Shown piece after piece: positions 52,503 through 59,428 of a stretch of DNA of 59,428 nucleotides; within the stretch, counting starts at the first letter, position 1, and each line of letters begins with the position of its first letter. Made by a program: the position numbers and the translations under genes. The notes beneath the pieces are model-generated. The model did no database searches. It was given only the letters and a program-made list of their open reading frames with translations, and was not told the DNA's origin. Source of the stretch: an uncultured Solirubrobacteraceae bacterium (lineage in GTDB: Bacteria > Actinomycetota > Thermoleophilia > Solirubrobacterales > Solirubrobacteraceae); the NCBI GenBank assembly GCA_964588985.1, contig CAZPQW010000021.1:1-59428 (forward strand), written 5' to 3'.

Positions 52503-53463
52503 GGCGCCGGACACGCTACATGCCGACCCCGAGCCGATCGTGGACGTGGTGATCGTCTCCGCGGACATGGCGGACATGACGCTCGCCTGCGTCGCCGGGC
52601 TCCAGGACCCCTGGGTCGCGCGGATCATCGTCGTCGACAACGCGTTCGACGCGCAGGCGGGGAGCGCGCGCGAGCAGCTCGCGCGGGACACCACCGTCGT
52701 CGCACTCGCCGAGCCGCACGGGTTCGCGGCCGCGAACAACCGCGGACTGGAGGTGGGGAGGGCGCCATACGCGCTGCTGCTCAACTCCGACATCCTCGTC
52801 ACGCCCGGCGCGATCGGGACGATGCTCGCGACGCTGCGAGCCGACCCGCGGAACGTCGCGGTCGGCGGCCGGCTAGTGGATCCGGACACGCTCGTCACGC
52901 AGCCCGAGTACCGGCCGCGGCCCTTCCCCAAGCTCGCCAACCTGCTCGTCATCATGCTCGGCATCGAGGAGCGCTGGCCCGGCAACCCGATCACCCGCCG
53001 CTACCACGGAGCGGAGGTCGACGACGAGCGCGTGCAGGCGGTCGACCAGCCCGCCGCGGCCGCTCTGATGGTCCCGCGCGAGGCACTCGACGCGATCGGC
53101 GGCCTGGACGAGCGCTTCTGGTTCTGGTTCGAGGACTCCGATCTGCTCCTGCGCCTCCGCGCCCGCGGCCGTGTCCTGTACGTGCCCGAGGCCGTCTTCC
53201 GCCATCTCGGCGGCGGCACGTTTCGCCGCTGGAGCAAGAGCGAGCGGATCCGCTCGATCTTCCACGGGATGCTCCACTACGGCGACGCGCACTTCTCGCG
53301 AGGCGAGCGGTTCGTGTTGGGCGCCGCCGCGCTCGCCGTGAGCGTCCCGCGCATCGTCCTCTTCGGCCGCTCACGCCCCGAGGAGGCGAGCGCGTGGAGA
53401 GCGGTCGCCGTCGGCGGGGTGGCGCTGCTGATGGGCAGGAAGGTCCCGGCGATCGCGCCGTAG
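52501..53463 (+). CDS. Glycosyltransferase family 2
   Basis: VVDNA, GFAAANNRG, LLNSD, DERFWFWFEDSDL. Confidence 0.88.
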   Translation: MAPDTLHADPEPIVDVVIVSADMADMTLACVAGLQDPWVARIIVVDNAFDAQAGSAREQLARDTTVVALAEPHGFAAANNRGLEVGRAPYALLLNSDILVTPGAIGTMLATLRADPRNVAVGGRLVDPDTLVTQPEYRPRPFPKLANLLVIMLGIEERWPGNPITRRYHGAEVDDERVQAVDQPAAAALMVPREALDAIGGLDERFWFWFEDSDLLLRLRARGRVLYVPEAVFRHLGGGTFRRWSKSERIRSIFHGMLHYGDAHFSRGERFVLGAAALAVSVPRIVLFGRSRPEEASAWRAVAVGGVALLMGRKVPAIAP

Positions 53464-53503
53464 CTGCAAGTAGTCACAAATCCGATCCACAGGAGGACAC
53501 GAG

Positions 53504-53899
53504 ATGTCTGACACCACGGCCGCAACCACCATCACCCAGCTTGGGACCGTGATCGTCCCGGTCAGCGACCAGGACGGCGCGATCGCGTTCTATCGCGACA
53601 AGCTCGGGTTCGAGCTGCGCTCCGACATCCCCTACGGCCGCGGCGACCGCTGGGTGGAAGTCGCGCCGGCCGGGGCCGCAACGACGGTCGCGCTGATCCC
53701 GCCGATGGAGGGCGAACCGACCGGTGTGGACACGCGCGTCGCGTTCACCTCCGAGGATGTCGACTCCGACCACGCGAGCCTCAGGGCGGCCGGCGTCGAC
53801 GTCGACCAGGAGGTCATGCGCATGGGCGACCCCGTGCCGCCGATGTTCTTCTTCCGCGACCAGGACGGCAACCGGCTGCTGATCGTGCAGCGGGGCTGA
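53504..53899 (+). CDS. VOC family protein
   Basis: AGGAGG RBS; VSDQDGAIAFYRDKLGF, FRDQDGN. Confidence 0.9.
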   Translation: MSDTTAATTITQLGTVIVPVSDQDGAIAFYRDKLGFELRSDIPYGRGDRWVEVAPAGAATTVALIPPMEGEPTGVDTRVAFTSEDVDSDHASLRAAGVDVDQEVMRMGDPVPPMFFFRDQDGNRLLIVQRG

Positions 53900-53901
53900 G
53901 C

Positions 53902-55230
53902 TCAGCGCCGAGCGAGGAGCGCGCGGCCGCCGGCGAGGTAGGCGGCTTCGCGCATCCTCTGCGCGAGCGGCGGCCGCAGCGCTTCGGCGGAGTCGCCCGG
54001 TCGCCCGGGCGGCGAGGGATCCGCGATCCACCGCTTGAGCGGGGCCGCGACGTGCTGCCATGTTTGCGTGGCCGCGGCGGCGTGTAGGGCGGGCGCGTAT
54101 GCGTCGCGTCCGCGCTCCAGCACCCGCTCGAGCGCCTCGCTCAGCGCACGGACGTCGCCGGGTGGCGCCACGGCGCCCATGTCCTCGCGCTCGACGCGCT
54201 CGGCGAGGTCGTCGCCGGTCGTGCAGACCGCCGGCAGCCCCGCCCAGAAGCAGTCCAACAGCCGTGTCCGATACGCGAAGCGAGTCTCCAGGTGGTCGGC
54301 ATGAGCGGAGATCGCGCACGCGGCCTGCGTCAGCCAGGCGCCGCGCTCGGCATACGGAATCCAGCGCTCGTGGAAGTGCACCACCGAGTCGAGCAGCCCC
54401 AGCTCCTCGGCCAGCCGGCGGGCGGCCTTGGTGCTCGCGGCCGCCGCGGGGTGCTCGGCGGCGCCGCCCATGAACACGAGTCGCACGTTCGGTCGACGCT
54501 TCACCAGGTCGCCCACGGCGCGGATCGCGCTTTCCGCGTCCAGCCAGCGCCAGATCCCGCCGTTCCACAGCACGATCTCGCTGTCCGCGCCCAGCGCGGG
54601 GATCGCCTCACGCGGACCGGTGCCGACCGTCGCATCGGGGGGCTCGGCGGGTATCCCGAACGGCACGAGGTCGATCGTCTCGCGCAGGCTCGGGTCGCGG
54701 TCGTAGGAGTCCGGGCCGATCAGGCGCAGGGCGAGCATCGCCCCGAGCCACAGGTCGCGCTGCGTCTCGCTCGCGCACATGAAGCGATGGCCGGTGCGCA
54801 GCGCCGCGTGCAGGCGGTCGATCGTCGTGGCGGTGTGCTGGCGGCGCGACAGCGACGCTCGCCCGGAGTCCTCGGCGAGCAGCTCGAGCGTCTCGAGCGT
54901 CTCGGGGCAGTAGAGGTCGATCACCACCCGTGCTGAGGAGCGCCGCAGCCAGCGGTCCACGAGCGGCCACTGCGGGTGGGCGACGACGGTGTCCGCGGCG
55001 GCTATCTCCGCGCGCAGCACATGGGGCGCGTGCGGGCTGAACGCGATCGTGCGCACGCCGTCGCTCTCGCGCTGCTCGCTGCCGCCGTGGGCGACGGTGA
55101 CCGACGCGTGTCCGGAGAGCGCGCGGGCGAGCTCCCAGCAGCGGATGCCGAGGCCGGCCATCTGCTCCCCGACGGGGTCGGCGCAGACGAACAGAACCCT
55201 CGGCTTGCGCTCAGACAGCGCGCCGTCCAT
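53902..55230 (-). CDS. Glycosyltransferase family 4-like
   Basis: MAGLGIR..ELARAL, ASETQRDLW, WNGGIWRWLD, ETRFAYRTRLLD..WAGLP. Confidence 0.82.
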   Translation of the reverse strand: MDGALSERKPRVLFVCADPVGEQMAGLGIRCWELARALSGHASVTVAHGGSEQRESDGVRTIAFSPHAPHVLRAEIAAADTVVAHPQWPLVDRWLRRSSARVVIDLYCPETLETLELLAEDSGRASLSRRQHTATTIDRLHAALRTGHRFMCASETQRDLWLGAMLALRLIGPDSYDRDPSLRETIDLVPFGIPAEPPDATVGTGPREAIPALGADSEIVLWNGGIWRWLDAESAIRAVGDLVKRRPNVRLVFMGGAAEHPAAAASTKAARRLAEELGLLDSVVHFHERWIPYAERGAWLTQAACAISAHADHLETRFAYRTRLLDCFWAGLPAVCTTGDDLAERVEREDMGAVAPPGDVRALSEALERVLERGRDAYAPALHAAAATQTWQHVAAPLKRWIADPSPPGRPGDSAEALRPPLAQRMREAAYLAGGRALLARR

Positions 55231-56176
55231 ACACCCCTCGCCTTAACGCACCCGACTCGCGAAAGGTGATGGTGTGGTCGACCGCGTCGCGTGGCGGCAG
55301 CGACAGCCGCGGCGCGGGCGAGCCGGCGCGCCAGCCCGAGACCCGTCCACGCAGCGCCGCTAGGTCGCGCGAGATCGCCATGTCGGCCAGCACGACCGCC
55401 GCCTCCGTAGCGATCGTGCGCGGCGCGGAGCGGGTCCGCAGCAGGCCGTAGCGGCGCAGCATGTAGCCGCGACCGAAGGCGCCGTGGCGGCGCTGCCACG
55501 CCGAGCGGTGCCCGTGCGTGGCGGAGCCCAGGTGCACGCCCACGGCATCGCTCGCGAGCACCGAGCCCCAGCCCGCGCTGCGCAGGCGCAGCGCGAGGTC
55601 GAAGTCCTCCATGTACGCGAAGATCGCTTCGTCCAGCCCGCCGACCTCCTCCCACGCCGAGCGCCGGTAGGCAGCCGCGGTGCCCGCCGGGCCGGCGAGC
55701 ACCGGCTCTTCGCGCTCGGCCTGCCACGCCTGCAGACCCTGCAGGCGTGGGAACCCCGCGAGCGTCACGTCGGCGGCGAGCCCGGCGCTGTCGATCAGCT
55801 GTTCGCCCGGCTGCAGCATCAGGGCGGCCACCGAGCCGACCGCCGGGTCCTCTTCCAGCGGCGCGGTCAGCCGTTCGAGGAAGTCGGGATGGACGTCGAC
55901 GTCGTTGTTCAACAGCACCACGATCTCGCCCGTGCCGGCGGCCACCCCGAGGTTGCACGCCTCGGCGAAGCCGCGGTTCTCGGCGAAGCGCTCGAGGTGG
56001 ACGTCGGGCCAGTCGGCGGCCACGCGCGTCGCGCTGTCGTCGGTCGAGCCGTTGTCGACGAGGATCACCCGGTGCTCGGGCTTTTGCGCGCGCAGATGGC
56101 GCAGACAGCTGTCGGTCAGCTCGTAGCGCCCGAAGGCCACGATCACGACGTCGATAGTCGGAGACATTGTGGCCAT
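55211..56176 (-). CDS. Glycosyltransferase family 2
   Basis: LVDNGSTD, NRGFAEACNLG, LLNND, FAYMEDFDL; exact start uncertain. Confidence 0.88.
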   Translation of the reverse strand: MATMSPTIDVVIVAFGRYELTDSCLRHLRAQKPEHRVILVDNGSTDDSATRVAADWPDVHLERFAENRGFAEACNLGVAAGTGEIVVLLNNDVDVHPDFLERLTAPLEEDPAVGSVAALMLQPGEQLIDSAGLAADVTLAGFPRLQGLQAWQAEREEPVLAGPAGTAAAYRRSAWEEVGGLDEAIFAYMEDFDLALRLRSAGWGSVLASDAVGVHLGSATHGHRSAWQRRHGAFGRGYMLRRYGLLRTRSAPRTIATEAAVVLADMAISRDLAALRGRVSGWRAGSPAPRLSLPPRDAVDHTITFRESGALRRGVYGRRAV

Positions 56177-56226
56177 CGTAGTCGCCACCCGCCTGGAGTG
56201 GCACAGCTGCCGAACAGCCGTCGCGC

Positions 56227-57426
56227 TTGCCGATGCTCTCCTCCAATAGCCTCCGATGCTTGAACGTATCTGAAACCCACATCGGGCTGAACTTGGTCTA
56301 CATGGTGCCCGGCGAGACCGGTGGCACAGAGATCGTCGCGCGCGAACTGATCCCCGTGATGCTTGCGTTGGCGCCAGAGGGGATGCGTTTCACAGCCTTC
56401 GTCAATCGCGAGGCGGCGCGTGCCGGAGACGGGCCGTGGGGGCATCTGCTGCCTTCAGTGACGGTGCCGGTTCACTCGCGCAACAGGTACCAATGGGTGC
56501 TGGGCGAGCAGGCATTTTTGCCTGTGCTGGGGGCGCGCGCTCGCATCAAGCTGATGCACAGCCTCGCGAACACCGCCCCCCTTTGGGGGCCCTTCCTACG
56601 TGTGGTGACCGTCCATGACCTGATCTATGCGCTCTATCCCGAAACCCATGCTGGCAACCGCGCCCAAGGTCTAAGCGTGCTTGTGCCACAAGCGATTAAG
56701 CACGCGGATCGTGTGATGGCTGACTCAGAGAGCACGCGCAAGGATCTACTCGAGATGACCAGCGCCCGCGCCGAGTGCGTGGACGTGGTTCCACTCGGCC
56801 TCGGCACCGTCCAACGTGTGCAGCCCGTGGACGAGGGCGAGCTGCGCGCAAAGTTCGACCTGGGTCAGCGTCCGATCCTGCTCAGTCTGTCGGCCAAGCG
56901 GCCGCACAAGAACCTGCTCGCGTTGATTGGGGCGCTCGCGCGCCTATCGTTACAGGAACGCCCGATTCTGATCCTCCCCGGCTACGCCACGACGCATGAG
57001 GCCGAATTGCGAGATCGCGCGCTCTCGCTCGGCGTCGAGCAGGACGTGCGGTTTCCCGCCTGGCTGTCGGATGCCGAGTTGGAGGGACTTTGGAAGATAT
57101 CGCGCGTGTTCCTGTTCCCGTCCCTCTACGAGGGGTTCGGGATGCCCGTGCTCGAGGCGATGTCACGTGGTGTGCCGGTCGCCTGCGCGGACGCCTCTTC
57201 GCTGCCAGAGGTCGTCGGAGATGCGGCGCTGTTGTTCGACCCGCGCTCGGAGGACGATATCGCCGCGGCGCTACAGCGGCTGCTGGAGAACCCCGCCTTG
57301 TGCGAACAGTTGCGTATCCGGGGCTTGGAGCAGGCCAAGCTGTTCACGTGGGAACGGATGGCGAAGGGAGTGCTCGCGAGCTACGCGCGGGCGCTCGGTA
57401 CGCCCGCACCGGCCCCGCCGTCGTAG
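56227..57426 (+). CDS. Glycosyltransferase family 4
   Basis: TVHDL, PHKN, FPSLYEGFGMPVLEAM, SLPEV; start uncertain. Confidence 0.92.
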   Translation: MPMLSSNSLRCLNVSETHIGLNLVYMVPGETGGTEIVARELIPVMLALAPEGMRFTAFVNREAARAGDGPWGHLLPSVTVPVHSRNRYQWVLGEQAFLPVLGARARIKLMHSLANTAPLWGPFLRVVTVHDLIYALYPETHAGNRAQGLSVLVPQAIKHADRVMADSESTRKDLLEMTSARAECVDVVPLGLGTVQRVQPVDEGELRAKFDLGQRPILLSLSAKRPHKNLLALIGALARLSLQERPILILPGYATTHEAELRDRALSLGVEQDVRFPAWLSDAELEGLWKISRVFLFPSLYEGFGMPVLEAMSRGVPVACADASSLPEVVGDAALLFDPRSEDDIAAALQRLLENPALCEQLRIRGLEQAKLFTWERMAKGVLASYARALGTPAPAPPS

Positions 57427-58559
57427 CTGTCGAGGACGGTCTGAAGCGAGGACTCGAGCGACAGGCTCTCGGCGTTCTCCGCGTACCAGCGCGCGGTGCT
57501 CTCGCGCAGGGCAAACCCCGCCTCGTGCACCCGCACGATCGCGTCCGCCACCGACTCGGGGTCGGAGCGCGCGGCGATCGTGCCGTTGACGCCCTCCTCG
57601 ATCAGCTCGCTCGCGGCGTTGTCCTCGCCCGCGACCACCACGCTCGGGGTGGCACGGGCGGCGGCCTCGACGACCACCATCCCGTAGCCCTCGCGACGCG
57701 ACGGCAGCAGCATGCACAGCGCGCGGCGCATCTCCGCGTCGAGCACGCTCGCCTCGGTGAAGCCGCGGGCGCTCACCACGCCCTCGAGGCCGTGCTCGGC
57801 GATCGCCGCGTCGAGCGCCACGCGCTCTGGTCCGTCGCCGAGGAACTCCCCGCTCAGCCCGTCGACCCGCTCGGCCGCGAGCGCCATTGCGGCCACGCCG
57901 AGCGTGACCTGCTTCTCGGGTATCAGCCGTGCGGCGAACAGCACCATCGGGTCGGCCTCGCGCGGCGCGGGCGGCTCGCTCGCCCCCACGTACAGGCCGC
58001 GCAGAACCGTGACGGGCCCGCGCAGACCCTCCGCGCGCAGACGCCGCGCGTGCAGCTCGGAGAAGCAGAACGCGCGCTGGGGCACGAGCGCGCACACGCG
58101 CTGCACGAGCTCGCCGACACGCCCGCCGAACCCGCCGAGGTAGTCCCGCCAGTAGGAGCGGCTCCACACCTCGAACCAGTCGACCACCAGGCCGAATCGC
58201 GCCAGCGGGCGCACGAGCGCGGCCGCGAGCAGCGAGAAGTAGGGGAACGAGCACGTGTGCACCACGTCGTAGCGGCGAGGGTGCGTGAGCAGGTGCGCGA
58301 ACACTCCGGCGCCGAACACGAGCGGAGGCAGGATCCGTCTGCGCCCCTCGCTCGTGTACAGCGCCATGCGCGGGCCGACCGCGACGACCCTCACGCGCGG
58401 GTCGATCTGAGGGCGCTCGCCCCGATCCCACTGGCGCAGAGTCAGGTAGGTGACGTCGTGGCCGTCCTGCGCCAGGCGCTCGGCGAGGTTCGCATACCAG
58501 CGCTCGGCGCCGCCGACGGTGTGTGGGAACAGGCAGTCGTATACGAGGCAGATGCGCAT
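57381..58559 (-). CDS. Glycosyltransferase family 4
   Basis: MRICLVYD..GGAERW, RLIPEK, PSRREGYGMVVVEA. Confidence 0.92.
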   Translation of the reverse strand: MRICLVYDCLFPHTVGGAERWYANLAERLAQDGHDVTYLTLRQWDRGERPQIDPRVRVVAVGPRMALYTSEGRRRILPPLVFGAGVFAHLLTHPRRYDVVHTCSFPYFSLLAAALVRPLARFGLVVDWFEVWSRSYWRDYLGGFGGRVGELVQRVCALVPQRAFCFSELHARRLRAEGLRGPVTVLRGLYVGASEPPAPREADPMVLFAARLIPEKQVTLGVAAMALAAERVDGLSGEFLGDGPERVALDAAIAEHGLEGVVSARGFTEASVLDAEMRRALCMLLPSRREGYGMVVVEAAARATPSVVVAGEDNAASELIEEGVNGTIAARSDPESVADAIVRVHEAGFALRESTARWYAENAESLSLESSLQTVLDSYDGGAGAGVPSARA

Positions 58560-58634
58560 TGCCGTAGGGAGACTGCCAGACCGTGCGATACGATCGCCAA
58601 TCCCAGCGCGCTACCTTTCGCCAACCGGGGGGTT

Positions 58635-59428
58635 ATGACGCACGAGGAACGTCACCACCAGCCTCCCGCTGCGGCACGTGGCGCGCGGGTTCCCCAGCCG
58701 ATGAGCACAGCCGCCCAGACAAGGCCCCCAACTCTCGTGGACTCAGAGGATCCCAGCGCGCCGCTGGTTTCCGTGGTGATCCCCTGTCTGAACGAGTCCG
58801 AGAACATCGAGCGGTGTGTTTCTGCGGCGCTGTCCGCGCTGCGGGACATGGGGGTGCGCGGCGAGGTCGTGGTGGCCGACAATGGCTCCGAGGACGACTC
58901 GGCGGCCCTCGCCGAGCGCGCCGGAGCGCACGTGGTGGTCGAGCCGCGCCGCGGCTACGGCAGCGCGTACCTCGCGGGGTTCGCGGCCTCGAGCGGCCGC
59001 TACATCGTGATGGCCGACGCGGACCTCACGTACGACTTCAACGACATCCCGCGTTTCGTCGCCGCGCTGGAGGAGGGCGCCGAGATGGCGATAGGCGACC
59101 GCATGGACAACATCCAGCCGGGCGCGATGCCGTGGCTGCACCGCTACGTCGGCAACCCGATCCTCACGGGGCTGCTCAACCTGTTCTTCCGCACCGGCGT
59201 CAAGGACGCGCACTGCGGCATGCGCGCGGTGCGTCGCGACGTGCTCCCGCGGCTGGACCTGCGCACGACCGGTATGGAGTTCGCCTCGGAGATGGTGATC
59301 AGGGCGTCGAAGGAGAAGCTCACGATCGCGGAGTTCCCGATCGAGTACCACCCGCGCGGCGGCGAGAGCAAGCTGTCGAGCTTCCGCGACGGCTGGCGCC
59401 ACCTGCGCTTCCTGCTCGTGCACAGCCC
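58635..59428 (+). CDS. Glycosyltransferase family 2 (DPM-synthase-like), 3'-truncated by window edge
   Basis: Absent from ORF track (no stop in window); reads VSVVIPCLNESENI, VADNGSED, GYGSA, MADAD, DAHCGMR, GMEFASEM; start 58635 or 58701. Confidence 0.9.
   Translation, partial: MTHEERHHQPPAAARGARVPQPMSTAAQTRPPTLVDSEDPSAPLVSVVIPCLNESENIERCVSAALSALRDMGVRGEVVVADNGSEDDSAALAERAGAHVVVEPRRGYGSAYLAGFAASSGRYIVMADADLTYDFNDIPRFVAALEEGAEMAIGDRMDNIQPGAMPWLHRYVGNPILTGLLNLFFRTGVKDAHCGMRAVRRDVLPRLDLRTTGMEFASEMVIRASKEKLTIAEFPIEYHPRGGESKLSSFRDGWRHLRFLLVHS

Noticed and set aside
58743-59423. 226-aa minus-strand ORF at window end
   Set aside because: Antisense to a clear plus-strand GT2 that runs off the window

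Overview
High-GC, gene-dense chromosomal window. Gene content (tandem TetR, Cys-rich secreted proteins, many apparently leaderless genes) suggests an actinobacterium, plausibly Thermoleophilia/Solirubrobacterales (inference). Blocks in order: (1) 1-7.2 kb: UvrA2-like ATPase, VOC, cupin, an AT-richer secreted protein, AdaA-AlkA, GNAT, desaturase and an unannotated 57-aa basic ORF; (2) 7.2-26.2 kb: a candidate low-oxygen island with a Cys-poor SQR-like flavoprotein, DosS-like double-GAF kinase, two NarL regulators, cydABDC plus antiporter, ftsH, USP, a split cytochrome b6/subunit-IV-like module with no Rieske or cytochrome c gene, three unknown membrane proteins and NAD-dependent formate dehydrogenase; (3) 26.2-40.9 kb: quinone reductase, desaturase with a two-component system, sulfotransferase, a histone-like wHTH protein whose 3' end is duplicated (39/40 bp) around a lone AAA ATPase, tandem TetR, arylsulfotransferase, isobutyryl-CoA mutase-like subunit, FAD oxidase, HU, P450; (4) 40.9-59.4 kb: two large secreted proteins and a CDP-C-methyl-6-deoxysugar/Wzx/glycosyltransferase cluster. 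No rRNA, tRNA, CRISPR, transposase or integrase was recognised. Best novelty candidates are the Rieske-less cytochrome b module and the repeat-flanked ATPase cassette.
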